Positions 43,997 through 57,444 of a DNA stretch of 64,000 nt are shown one piece after another. Both the position numbers and the translations under genes were made by a program. Origin of the DNA: Amphiscolops sp. MND2022 (Eukaryota); contig OZ076415.1 of NCBI GenBank assembly GCA_964187785.1, forward strand, positions 33,480,001 through 33,544,000. Direction: 5' to 3'. The notes beneath the pieces were generated by a model. The model had not been told where the DNA came from, did no database searches, and was given only the letters and a program-made list of their open reading frames with translations. Positions within the stretch are counted from its first letter, which is position 1; each line of letters begins with the position of its first letter.

Positions 43997-46900
43997 GTTG
44001 TATTCTTTGGTTTTTAAGTATCGTCCTATTGCAAACTTCCAGTCTTTACACCGTGTGTTGTCCAACAAATTGTTATACAAACAAATCGGAAATTTTGTAC
44101 AACAGACTGGTGAATGGTCTTGCTCTGATAACATAAAAATGAATATAATTGAATCAATTAAAAATGTCAATCGGTGTTATCGAATTTTGTTGTTTGATTT
44201 ATATCCGATTCAAATCATTGCTTTAAATCGAGTTGATTCAAATCAGACAAAACTGCTTTAAACTTTATAAAATGAAAAACGTTTATTAAAGTGTTTTCTA
44301 GTTTTTTTTCCGATACGGTGGAAGTGGTCGTAAAAATTCAACAAATTGTCAAATTGATTGAAAAGACCCTCGTTTTCAAATTTTGACATTTATACGGATT
44401 GAAAACCGAGAGTCGAGGTTTTTTTAACACTGTGTGACTTTCTAAAAAAAACTTTATCAGGCACAGTCGACTTCTTTTGGCAGTTAGATTGAATTTCTAA
44501 AAATGATTTCTTGACGCATCGCTGTTTGACCCTTAAGTGGGGTTCCCGACTTGTTGAATTGTATTGGATCTTAGTGTGTATATTTAAGGCGGTCGCTCTC
44601 CAGAAGTTGATGCTATGATTAACGAAAGGCAATCTTACACGGGCGACACAACCGAATGCTGTTTCTATATTCCAGATTTGAGGTCTTCAACCATTTTTGG
44701 CTTTAAGTGGGCTGATGGAAGAAGCACATCCACAAAAAACGTTACCGTGGCAAGTATTTTGAAACAATTGGGCCTGATTCATACAATCGTTGAGCCCCTA
44801 GCTACAGAATCGTCCGCTAAAATTACCATAATTTATTTCCTCTTTGTTGACTACCTTTGCCCAGAACTTGGACCTAAAAGTGATTCTATGATTCAACAAA
44901 TGGTAGCTGAAATCGAAGCTGAATGCCGTTCATTTGTCAACCTGGACGTAAACATTAGGGCTACAGCTTCGACAAATGCTACAGAATTTGTTGGAATTCA
45001 TTTGAAAATAACACTGGACTCCTTACAAAGCCAGCAACCTAACGAATTGGCTCGTTCTGTAATAACAAACTCTGTTCTTGAATATGACTTGGGCGTCACG
45101 AAAAATTCACTGCACTTCGAGGATACAAATTTAACACCAGTGAAAATTGACAAGCAAGGTATGGAAAGATTGACAGAAACTTATTTTGGGAATATCGGAA
45201 CGAAAATGATTTACATCCCTGATATGGATCGTATTGACTTCACCAAGTTATACGCAACTGGTGAAGTTCCAGGAGGAATTCCAGATCACGTCGTGAAACA
45301 ATTCGAAGGAGAATTGGTTTTGTTCAGACGGGAATTGACAAGGTGGCTCTCGGAGGACAAAAGTGGTCTTCTGTTGTACAGCTACAGTGCAAAGGAGCTC
45401 AAAAACATTGTGCATAGCCAAGTTCAGAATCAATTCGAGTTCGATTGGCTGCTGTTCCGGAAGTCTCAGATAGTTGCAATTGAAGTTACCGCATCTGGAA
45501 ACATCAGACAAGCAGTGCACGATAAATTAGAGCAAGTAATGACTAAAACAATACCAATGATGAAAATATTGATTTGGTTCTTCTTAGCAAATGATACGGA
45601 AAATTTTTCCTGGATTTTGGAAAAAAATGTCTTCGAAGAATTCATGAGAAAACATTTGAAAATCATAGTGTTCGTAGCATCAGCTAGCTCTGAAGACATC
45701 AAAACTGCAATGACTTCGGTTTTGAGTGAGAATTTCCAAGAAGAGAGCAACCTAAAGCTGAAATTTGAAAAATCCTCCATTAGTACATATTTTGTTGGTG
45801 GACAGGACTACGGACCAAATGAAAGACCGAAATTCTTACAGTTCTTACTCAACCAAGAAAGCAAAAATGTTGAAATAAAAGTATCCGATAAGTCTCCTTT
45901 GATAACCAACTCGCAAAAAACATCTTCAAGCAACGAGTTAGAAACTATCAAATTCTTAGCAGGTACTTTTACAGTGGGTTATCTCTGCCATGATTCCGAC
46001 AAAATTTGTCGATTGAAAAGTGATGCGCTGGATCCCGATGTTAGATTTCTAGAATCACAGAAGAAATTCGTTGACAAATTGGTCAGAAAGGCGACCAAAA
46101 AATTGGAAAAGTACGTGCATATATCTGAAAAACTGACAGTGATTCTAAGTCCGCAGCAGATGAAAATCCTGGAAGAGGATCCAAATTATTTACTTGTGAG
46201 AGGTGAGCCAGGTGCTGGAAAAACAGTTCTTTTGCTGGCCAAGGCTTTGGAATGCAGTCTGGACGAAAAAGTGAGATATATCTATTTCTGTTTGCCTCAT
46301 ACAAAACAGCATCTGAAAGTTTTCATAGAAAAATTCCGTGATTTTCATACCGATACACTAGGTGGGAAATTCCGCATTTTATCAGATGCTTCTTCAGATT
46401 TCATCGAACTGAGCAAAAAACCGTTCAAAGAACTGCATGACTCTGTACTACTAATTGATGAATTTTATTTTGACTGCAGTGAAAAAATGAGAATTACATC
46501 TTTTTTATTCCACCAAATAAGCGCTTCCATATTTCCTCATATGAAGAACGTTTGGATGACCAGCGTAGCCATAGCATTCTTTGAACCCTCGATGGATCTC
46601 ATGAAAGAATATCTTCCACTTGAGTTATTTTGCATCAAACCGCTGAACGTGAACTTTCGGAACTCCGTTCACATTGCAACTTTTTGTACCAATTACCATC
46701 ATAGAGGCGGGGTTAGAGCTTTTGCCAGCTCCTACGTGCCGGGAGTTTTCACGTCGTCTGAAATCGAGATACAACTTTCTACATTCAAAGACAAAATAGA
46801 CATCTCGTTTGAAAATCTCAGCTGCAAGTTCAGAAAAAGCAGATGGGTAATTATTTTCTGTGATGAACTTCATTTTGGTTCATGGCATACTTTTTTGGCC

Positions 46901-48700
46901 AATAGAGAAAGCGAATTCAGTGACTCTTTTGTCATTCAAACAAACGGGAGCCCAACAATGTGCGATTTCAGTGGCGCAGAAGTGCATTCAGTTGTGTTAA
47001 TCGTTGACCCTTTCTTCACGAAAAACCAAAAAGAGGTGGAGATTAGCGAAGCTATGTACAAATTGGCAGCATCCAGGGCACAATATGAGCTCGTATTGTT
47101 TGTTCACCAAGACATGAAGACAGTACTAAACGACTTCTCACAGAGCCGAAATTTCCAGCTCGACATTAATCCGGAGCAAGTCCGCATTTTAGCCACAGAT
47201 GACCCAGATGGGTCGAAATTTGTGGATACCCTGTACAACTTGGCCAGAGGGTATCTTTCGCGGGAAAGACTACAGTCCTTTATTGAAGCACGTTACCCTG
47301 GTTTGAATCCCAAGTTATTTCATGATTACGTTGCCGAGGAAAAGAATCGACGGGTTTTTATCCTGTTGTTGAAACACATGGGCCAAGGTATAATCAAATT
47401 TTTCCTGCAATGTTCTCGGGTTTTGACTAGTGGAGAGGAGATTTGTGGTATCAGATTCCAAGAAACAGATGAAGAATATTATCGGGACATCATCAAAGGT
47501 ATAAACGTTACTTTTTTCTTTTTAAAAACGTGCGTAAACAAAGCTAGTACAGATTGTTGCGTTATTTTTTGTTCAGAAGTTATAACTATAGCATTTAATC
47601 AAAAAACAACAGCGAGTCTTTTCCGGCTACTAAAAAGTGCGGTCTTAACTCGAGGCAGCTATAAAATATCAAAACGAGCCTAAATGCGGCTCTAATTAGA
47701 AGGAGTTGGTTAAATTCACATTGAAATAAAGAAATAGAGGTTGTCCCTTTAAAGTTGGATACAATTCCTCCACAGAAAAATTGTTCTGAGAATTGATTTA
47801 AAGAGGTTTTGAAAGTTACAGTTGCGGACTTACCCAAATTAACTACGATAACTACATTATATATTTCTCAAACATTGCTATCAGCAAAATGCTTCAATTG
47901 AACTGGATATTCCAGCTGGAGATTGACCAATTTAATCAGTCTTTTGCCAGGAATACAAAGTGAGATTCAGTGAAAATTGGCGCGGAAGACAAGTCATCAA
48001 TCTGGGCTAAAAAGGCGCGTAAATTCCTGGTGACTACGGCCTGACACTGAAAGTATCACGCAAGAAACTTAGATCTAAGATAAATCATTCAGCTCTTAAT
48101 TTTTAAACCTTTCTTATTCCACGTGTTAATCATGATTGAAATACGATACTGAGCTTTCTGTTTTTAGATATTGTCAATCACGCACTCCTGATGAACAGTA
48201 CCCCAACTTTCGACTGGATTTCCAGATTGATAGACCAAACGCAGATGCAACGAGCTCTTCAAGGGAACCCCACTCAGATTCTAAGTTACTCTTGTTTTAG
48301 ACCGGCACTGATGAAAAAGTGTTGGAATAAAATGAAGTCTTGGAATCTCCTAGAACCGGGATTGGAATCGAGGGCTAAACTATGGAACCAAGAATGTGGA
48401 ATTCTTACACTAATGTGCTATGCAAACTGTGCCATACAAGATGAGAACTGGATTCCGAAAACGTTCTGGGGCGACAAACTTCAGAACAAGAATGCTTTAC
48501 AATATGCCATTGAACACGGGAATATGAAGACAGTGAGAAAACTAGTAGGAACCAAAGAATCGGCCTGGATTTTTCTGAACCCTGAAACCTCGTATGATGG
48601 GAAAACTGCTGTTCAGTTTGCTCGCGATAATCAGTTTGACGATATTGCTGATATTTTGAGCAAAAAGAAAGTTAAACGGATCGCTGACGACAAAGAGTAA
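43997..48700 (+). CDS. NERD-like nuclease + SF1 helicase + ankyrin-repeat protein (Schlafen-like layout); 5' end unresolved
   Basis: Phase-compatible exons 43997-44109, 44676-47498 and 48168-48700. EFDWLL..IVAIEV; Q motif SPQQ; GEPGAGKT; LLIDE; LNVNFRNS; FSGAE; AASRA; ankyrin-like NALQYAIEHGN..V..L and GKTAVQFA..IADIL. Confidence 0.8.
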
Positions 48701-51059
48701 TTTGGACATTCAGCTACTTTCTGGAGAGGCTTGAAAACGTAGCAATTTGCAAAGAGAACCTTCATTGCTTATTTACAACCATATTCAATGAAATCGCGAT
48801 AGTTTGTAAAATTTTTCATTTTCTGATAGCTGTCAATTTTAGAATTTACAAAATTTTTCAATAAAAAAACTATGATTGATCAAATTGACTAGATTATCGA
48901 CAAAAACGAAAGAGAATTTACTATGAGCTAACTTGAAGCGTGGGACACAGACGAATCTTAGATTTTTTCCATTCATTTTTTTTCGAGAAGCAAACATTTA
49001 TTCGGTTCCAAAAAATATCGTTGTAATTCTGGTCAAAACCAGAACGAGTTGCGTCAAATTCAATTCTGTTCATTAGCTGTCTTGAGTATTTTAGTATCAC
49101 TGTGTATCAGTGAATTGCCTCGTACTCATACTGATTCATTTATTATCCGCAGTCACTAATTATTACACAGTAAAATTTCCATTATTTATAGTTTGGTTAA
49201 TGTGAAAGATCCAGCAGTATTTTAAGAACGGCCACCAACCTCTCTATCGGAAAAGATCTGTATCTAATACAAGCAATCATCGTATACGATACCGTGTACC
49301 GACTGTTTTCGAAGATGAATGAACTTTAAACAATCTTCTCCAAATTCATCGGTAAAAACTTGTTTCGACTCTCAGCAAATCTCAAATTACAAACAGAGAA
49401 CATCCTTTCTACTGATCCAGAACTAGCCGGAATTGGCACAGAACTAAATTTTGATCCCTTGACCCATTTGCTTTTCTCGCCAGAAGGCCGGATGTCGGTT
49501 TTTGGAACGTCAGCTTTTCCCTGGAACTTTTCATTTTTTATTCCTATCCCAGGTATTTTTGTGTCCGAGTAAATACCGAATAACTTTTATACCAATTTCG
49601 GAAGCCAACGAAATTACTTCATTGTCTCGGGTAAGCTGTACATTTTGAGGAAATTGTGTAAATATGTAGTTCGTGTAGACGTACAAGAAAATTCGTGTAT
49701 TCTGGTACTGTAAATGTACCGACGACAATTCACTGTTGTGTATCATTAGCAAATAACGAACAGAATGTCTGGTTCGAAATGTATTGGGGAGTTTGCTTTA
49801 CACATTTTTATACATGTGATATTTTGTCTTTATGGTATGTTCCCTGCGTAGTATTTTGTCATCTGACCTTTTCATCAGTAACCATTTTCAATGAACATTT
49901 CAGAGAATATTTTGGGTGAGTTTTTACGACAACGAATTCGCATCAAGAAAAGATTTTTCGTAAATCTCAAATGTTATCGTTGCAGCATAAATGCAACGAA
50001 TCAAATTCTCCTACATACAACTCGAAAGTTTGAATAGTTTAAAATATTTGTCGCAATTTCAATTCAAAGTGCCTTTGAAGATAGAATTTGTTCAATGGGG
50101 CTCAAAATATAAATAAATACACGATAGCAGTGTGTTGTTCGATACTGAAACGACCTGGTATCACGTACTTTGGTATCTTTCAATTTATTAACATGTATTC
50201 AATTTATTACCACTGCGTTTATGTATTTGCCTTGATTTATTGGTCTTTAAAAAATTCTCAAAAACGATTTAATTTCGCATTTTATAATCTGCATGCCAAA
50301 TCTATAGTTATTTTCCGACCCCACATTTTAAATGGGAGGAAAATCACTTAGCTTAGAGGGGGAATAATATCTAAAGTCAAAAAAGGGGTTAAGATCTAAA
50401 GGTAATAATATCTAAAACTTCAGGAAGGGAATAAGATCTAAAAGGAATAAGATCTAAAATCACTAAATTTTAGATCTTATTCTTTAGATCCTATTCCCCC
50501 CTCCCAAAATAGCTATGGCTCAGTTGGTGAAGGCGAAGAGGGCGGAAAATATCCCTTTGCTTAGCGGACGTCTTGTTCATTTTTGTCTGAAATGGGAGAA
50601 ACTTTGCCAAAAAAGTTTCTTGTCAATTTTTACTTGACTCAGAATTGTTATTGAACCAATGGTACGAAAAATAAGGGAAGTAACCTTTTGGAGTTTCTTT
50701 TCTGGCCATCTGATGATATTTAGGCCTATCATGTATTTCGTGTATCGCAGGAAACTTTCGATAATCATGTGTATTTTGAACGGAACTCCCAATTAGGATG
50801 AGGAATGAGCTCTTCGGGGCCCTGCCATTCAAAATGAATTGGCGATTAAAGGAAAATTGAACCATTTCACCAGCGTCGATGATAGTTTCAAAACAAACTC
50901 ACATTGAATAATTTTCCAATTCATTTTCTCATTATAGTAAAAGTGACATTTTCCAGGAAACCGGTTAGAATATCTATCAATACTATAAGGACACGTAAAA
51001 ACACTGCCAGATTAGGAGCACAAGTGTGATTTCATTTTAAAAACATTCAAACGGAGCGT

Positions 51060-54000
51060 TCATTCTAAGTCTTCATCTTCTATCACAGATAAACAAGAGT
51101 TCGAGGAATTGAGTTCCGAAACAAGGTCATCGAAAGTAACAGGTCCCAAGGCCCCGTCTCCACTTTCAATGGTCAAATTCATCTGCTTAATGACTGCTTG
51201 TCGACACACTTCTTTAATTTCGCTACCAGACAAACCTTCAGACAATTTTCCCAGTTGGTCGTAATCGATTGAGTCTGAAATGTTTTCACTCGCGAGAATT
51301 TTCTGGAAAATGAGAGACCTTTGGTTTGCAGTGGGCAGGGGTATGTGAAATTTGAGAGGCATTCGACGAAGCACTGCAGGATCAATGTCATTCGGTCGAT
51401 TGGTGGCACCTATTAGAATAATTTGCGCGCTGGAATCCGTAGTTAAACCATCCCAGAGAGCCATCACTTCGGCCTGCAAAAACAGAAACGTTCATAATTT
51501 GAACGCTTTTCAGTATTTCGGTACACAGTTGGGAAATCTGCACTTGAGTAAAAATAAAATCTGATGGGATCCAAGGAACCGGCAAAAGGGACACCACTAA
51601 TGAGAAAAGTTCGTCTATCATTTCCACACAAGTTTTCGGGATAGAATCAATTGATACAAAAGTTTGACTGAATGCATACAATTGATACAAGAGTTTAATT
51701 TTTGACCGAATGCATGCAAATCTTTGACTACAAGCTTTTTTTTACTTGAACAAAGGAAATTATGGTGTCCGGAAATTACGCCCAAATGGAAATTACGCCC
51801 AAACGTAAATTACGCCCGAGGAAATTACGATAATGTAATCAGCTATGCTCACATACTTCTAGTGCCCTAAATGCAGGGGCGAAGCCATATGGCAATGCCA
51901 CAATGTTGCTACTTGGCGAAGGGAGCGAAGCGACCGAGCCATACAACAAACATGCTAACCTCTTCAAATAATAACCTTAAAATAATCGCTGCTTTTCGCT
52001 TTGAATAGCTTAATTTCCTTGGGCGTAATTTCCGTTTGGGCGTAATTTCCTTGGGTGTAATTTCCTTGGGCGTAATTTCCTAGAACCGGAAATTATTACA
52101 AGTAAACAGCAATAACCCTATACATTCCTAACAGGATTTTACGTGATCAAGTCATGAAGCAAACAATAACTTAGATAACATAAATGGAGTTTTCAAAAAT
52201 CCCATTCAAATCCCGCCTCATTAAACAAGGCAAGGCAAGGCAAATTGAAATACAAGGCTTCAATAACCAACGGATGCTTTTACCTTCATCATGGCGGTTG
52301 CTTCGTGATCTGTTGAGTCACGGTTGCGCAAAAAGCTGTCAATTTCGTCAATGAAGATGACTGCAGGTTGGAGTTTGCGGGCTAGACTGAATATTGCAGC
52401 AGTGTACTTCTGAGACTCCCCGTACCATTTGTTGAGCAGGAACGACATCTGCAGGTTGATGAAGCGGAAACCTGATTGGCTGGCTATGCCACGAGCTATC
52501 ATTGTTTTACCACAGCCTGAAACACATGAATTATTTTCCACCCATGTTAACAACTATCACCCATGAACAATTTAATTTAATTCCACAACTGGCGTTTTAT
52601 AAACAATCACCTCGCAATGTTTTGGGCCATTGAAACAAAGTTGGTAAACGCTCAATAATATTTCTCCAGATGCATGCCATAAAATTGTTGGTATAAAAAA
52701 CGAAATTTTGTAGAAATAAATCTTTCAACCCCAGGCAGATTTTCCACTGCAGTCCTAAATTAAAGTTTCAAAGAAAGCGTTCAAATGGATTTTAAGCTTA
52801 AGATTTGGTAGAAGAAGAAGAAGAAGATTTAATTAATTTGATGCCCGAAGGCGTACAAACTATAAACTTGAATATATTTGATTGTCACCAGTTATGGAAG
52901 CACTAGCCTTGTAGATAATTCTGCACAAAACAGAATTGTTATTCAAGTTATCAATTTTCATGGTATTCATCAGCTGGTCTAGTTTTATCAAGTTCGGTTA
53001 GTTACAGAAATACTGCGACAGGAGTCTTTCACGGTCAGTTTGAAAAATTTACAGACTAGTAGTAGTAGGTGGTATTCGTCGGCTTTACATTTTTCTCGGC
53101 AGAACGGACATGTATCGCTTTCGTTCTCTAGGATCTTGTCTTTTACAGTTGGTAAAGTTATAGGTGCACATCTGAAATGGGTCAGTCCTATCCTTTCTTT
53201 AAAATTGATTTTGCAAAAAATATACTGGTATACCGGTACAAAAACGAGAAGAGGAGCAGTAGCACGCGATATTTTTTTGTATATTCTACTGATATCTGTT
53301 TAGAAAGAAAATAAGACTTCTTTAGGAGGATTTGAGTCATTGCCAAAAATGGAAATAGAATTTTTTGAACTGGAAAACGTCCCGAATAGAGTCTTTTAGT
53401 TTTTCGACCTTCGCGACTATTTTACTTCTTTTCATGTTTCAAACGCTGAAAGGTCCTTCCTTTGAGTGTTTCGATATTTTGTAACAACGTGGAAATGAAG
53501 AGCCTTAAGGCTCAACATATTCGTTTATTCGTTGTGAAAAACTTTACGCTATTCGAACCTAAAGCGGGGCGCACCAACTTGTGCTATTTTCGGCTTATCA
53601 CTTCCAAAGAAGTCATTATTAGTCCACTTTCAAAATTCTTTTAAACTGAAAATCCAACGACACCTTCGAAAAGCAATACAGCTAAAAAAGCAGGCAAAAT
53701 CTAAATGTTTCCAACATCGGTTCATGTTAAGAATTTCAAGATGCATGAAAAAATTAATGTAAAAACTAGCTCAGTTCCGAAAAGTATGAACTAGAAATAA
53801 TGTACAGGAGGATGAAAAAACTGCACTAATGATGAGCGCAAAACAGTTGATACTATTAACAATTCATGCTTTTTTGTAGATGATGGAATGTGTTTCTGGC
53901 CCAATATGAAAGAGACCCCCAATATGAAAGAGACCGCGGAACTCTCAGGGGTCTAAAAATTTCTGAACTGGAATCGAGTTAAATGTATCTTCAGATGAAA

Positions 54001-55519
54001 TCTTTTTTCTGAACAACTGCCATCGAGTTTGCGTCTTTGGTAAACTTTTTCTTCAATATATGGAATACAAACAAAACCTGGAATTTTTCAGCTACCATGT
54101 AAACTCATACATGGACACTCGATAACAGAAAATATTCATCTAGCTATGTGAACTTGCAGTACAGACCATATCACAACTATTCTATTTTATTTTGCATAAT
54201 ATATCTTCATCTCCGACTCTAAGTCTAGCTTGCGTCGTCTTTTTTTGTTCTAGATTCTTTCTTCCCAGCAGTAATTTTCCTATGAACTCGGCGGGGGAAT
54301 AATTACCATGTATGGAGACACTTTTACCTGGTGGTCCATAGAATAGCGCCCCCTTGGGAGCGGAAGCTAGTCTACTGTGCTTGAAGACATCTGAATGGAG
54401 CAGTGGATTGATCATTTTCCGTTTCACGTCTAACAGTATTTCGTCCAGGCCTCCAATGTCGTCCCACGTATTTTGGCACTTCTTGGTCTCGGGTAATACA
54501 AGCTGAGCCGCAATTACAAGTTCATAGTCGGTCAGATTCGTCTGTGGGTTGATGCCCAGCTGCTTCAGAATTTTCATTCCCGTTCCTGTCTAAAGCATTC
54601 AAATGAAAGAATCTGACATTTGTTCAAAACTACTTGTTTAGTACTAGAAATCAGCGCAAAAATTATTCATGATGCCCGCTAAATTTGCCATTGTCTGAAA
54701 ACGGGTATCTTAATAATTTTATTGGTGGAAAAATTTCGAGAAACAATAATTAGACCCGTCGAAATGAGCAACCCGGATAATGACAGATGTCTTATTCAAA
54801 AACTAACGTGTCAAAAATATATTTAGCTTGCAATAATTCACAGCATTTTTAGTAAATTTAGACCTTTTGGGAATCTTAGAAAATGTCCAAGTCTATGCTT
54901 TATACTAAAATGCCGTGATTAACGAATTGGCAACTTCTTAGGCAGGCCGAAAGTAAAAAAGAACGTTGAAGTACTCAAGTTTGTTTGTTCAGGAAACTAG
55001 ATGTTCATAATGTAGAAATAGATTAACGTCTCTGAATTTGTAAGTTACGAATTGACGTCAGCAAGGAATTACTCGAGTTTTCCAAGTCGAATTGTATTAC
55101 TGGGAGGGGATTTTACAGAATTTTGTTATGCGTTGAAAATTAGTGACCAAATACATGAGATCCAAGCGCAAAATGTTGGGACTTTCTCAATGACCATTTA
55201 AATGATCTTTCAATTTGGACATAGAATTTTAAACTCGTAGACAAGTAAGCAGCTTCAGGAGAGTCAAATCCACCAAATGAAACCTTGGAAAAGTGACAGA
55301 CCTGAAAGTCATGTCAGGTGCAGGTTGAATAGAAACATGTCTAATGAGTCGTGCGTAGTGAATTCTCACCTTGTTTTTGTTGTCTTCGTTGTCGGTGGCT
55401 GACTCGAGCAGGGGAAGTATTTTGCGGGCGATGAACCAGCTGGTGGCCATCAGACTGGCTAGTCCGGCTGCCCTCAACACCATCTCCACCTTCCATTGCG
55501 TCTCCAGACTGGATGACAT
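51060..55519 (-). CDS. ATAD1: ATAD1/Msp1 AAA+ ATPase, 4 exons, 352 aa
   Basis: Exons 55370-55519, 54328-54589, 52284-52516, 51060-51473 with GT-AG junctions and matching phases. N-terminal [42 protein letters not shown]. Confidence 0.93.
51764..52087. mobile_element. Mutator-like MITE in ATAD1 intron 3
   Basis: GG..CC ends, inverted arrays of GGAAATTACGCCC(A), 9-bp TSD GGAAATTAT (51755-51763, 52088-52096). Confidence 0.75.
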
Positions 55520-55827
55520 GCTCGTTAATTTACTCACTCTGCTTCCTACACGTTCAAATACATAGTCACTGAAAAGGGCACACAAACTGTGGTACCTCAT
55601 CATCATGTTTGGGCACATAAGTCAATTGGTAATAATAAATAAACGTTATCGTGAACATCGAAAATTTACACAGTCAACATATGAAGAATGAAAAAGTATA
55701 AATGCACATCAAAACCAATTATGCCACTTTTTGACTTGAAGACTCAATAAATACTTATAAATTTTTTGAGAAATCACAGGTTGCATATTCAAAATTGAAT
55801 AAGTCCAAATTTTCAATTTTAATCAAT

Positions 55828-57444
55828 TCATAATTCTTTCAAAATACTCATAACGCCATATAAAAATGGTGCCAAGACCAGATTGTCTATTTGTTGCGTG
55901 CTGTATTCTAGAAACATTGTGGCACTGACAGCCACTATATACCGATCCCATGATAAATCCAACACCAAACTTCCAGATGCTTGCAAAGCTACGGAAACGC
56001 CCAATATACTCAAAATAGCAACAAATGTGGCATCCAAGCTCTTCGGGTTGCCTTTTAGTTTCACTTTTCCAAATTTGGACCCATAAACTGATGCAATTGT
56101 ATCGCCTACCCCAATTGAAAGGATCCCTGCGTACAAAAGTACGTTGCGATCATTCACATTGTTGGGGTATATCCAAATGGGGACACACATGCTGACTAGA
56201 AGGTAAATTGGGGTTAGTAACAAATAACCACTGTCTTGTTTATCAGCAAAAACCGACAGTTTTTCAGATAATATTTTGCCAAAAGGAGGCAACTGAAAAG
56301 CGCGAATGAATTCAATTCCGACAAAAAGGAATAAACATAGAGATGAGGCGACCGACAGTACACGTCCGTTGATGGTTATACCTGAGTGAAATACTGCAAC
56401 TACAAATAAATGGTAGACCTTGCGCAATCTTGTTTTTGCGCGGGAATCTGTAGAAAGTTTTGAGCTCATTGAAGACACAATCACAGTGAAGCCAAATGCA
56501 GCTAACAACAAGACCGCCCAAAATATAAAGAGTTCAGTTGATTTTCGCATTTGACTGAGGAAACGGAATAACCATTGAATCGGCTCTTTTTCCAAAGAGT
56601 AGTAAAGAAATATATATGAGAGTGATAAAGCTATGAATAGTTGTAAATATAAACAAAATATAGAGAAATGCTTTGAAAAAGAATCATTTGGTCTGACTTG
56701 ACTTTGCCATTGGAAATGCACCATCCATGGTAAGAGAATAAACGTGAACAACACTGCGCTTAACCACCAACAGTCAAGATCAAGAATGCTTTCTTTTGCC
56801 AACGAAAAGGAAGCTATCTTTTCCATATTTAGAGTGAACATGAGACTTATCATTAGAGCTTCGCCTATAGAAAACGACTTGGCAACTCTGTAAAGCAGAA
56901 AAACGGATAAAACTAAGAAAAATGCAAGTCTACAGTAAAGAGATGAGTCGAATACATTCTGTCTTTGAAAAGGATGATGAAATGATATGTACGGCACAAG
57001 GTATTTTTCAAGCTTCAGGATAAAGTTGGAAGAAATAACACATAAAGCAATACCAATGGAAAATAGTTTCAAACGGGAACCGCTGAATCCAACACCCTTT
57101 AGAAGGGCTTCGGCTGGAAATACAAGAATCAGGAAAACATTAGACAGAAGAGCCGTCATAAAAAAAGCTTTCGCATAGGAATCAACCACGGGTAATAACA
57201 AAATAGCAGGGAGAATACATTGAAGGGTCAACCCATGGTCAACACATGACCTTCCGACCCCAAAGCTGCTTTTTTTGATGACCGTTAAGAAAAGGTAGTA
57301 ATTTAAGGGTGAGAACAATAAAACAAAGAACGAGAGAAGCAAAAGTTGACCCAATGATGTGTATAAGTAAAGGATGATCAAAGTAATGAAGAGTGTAGCA
57401 CCTTCCAAGAAATTTGTTGCAGAAACTTCCATTTTTGTTAGCAT
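55828..57444 (-). CDS. DOLK: Dolichol kinase, intronless CDS
   Basis: Multi-TM protein with RKVYHL, DKQDSG.LLLTPIYLL..C..P.W, GILSIGVGDT.AS..G...G and IDNLVL. Start placed at ATG 57444 (alternative 57432). Confidence 0.92.
   Translation of the reverse strand: MLTKMEVSATNFLEGATLFITLIILYLYTSLGQLLLLSFFVLLFSPLNYYLFLTVIKKSSFGVGRSCVDHGLTLQCILPAILLLPVVDSYAKAFFMTALLSNVFLILVFPAEALLKGVGFSGSRLKLFSIGIALCVISSNFILKLEKYLVPYISFHHPFQRQNVFDSSLYCRLAFFLVLSVFLLYRVAKSFSIGEALMISLMFTLNMEKIASFSLAKESILDLDCWWLSAVLFTFILLPWMVHFQWQSQVRPNDSFSKHFSIFCLYLQLFIALSLSYIFLYYSLEKEPIQWLFRFLSQMRKSTELFIFWAVLLLAAFGFTVIVSSMSSKLSTDSRAKTRLRKVYHLFVVAVFHSGITINGRVLSVASSLCLFLFVGIEFIRAFQLPPFGKILSEKLSVFADKQDSGYLLLTPIYLLVSMCVPIWIYPNNVNDRNVLLYAGILSIGVGDTIASVYGSKFGKVKLKGNPKSLDATFVAILSILGVSVALQASGSLVLDLSWDRYIVAVSATMFLEYSTQQIDNLVLAPFLYGVMSILKEL

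Noticed and set aside
50356-50503. Short element with inverted GGGGAATAAGATCTAAA repeats
   Set aside because: Probably a MITE relic, but no TSD or clear termini.
49531-50865. Possible small minus-strand gene (50623-50865 spliced to about 49640-49725)
   Set aside because: Splice sites are plausible, but the product is unrecognisable and the frame choice is not constrained; unresolved.
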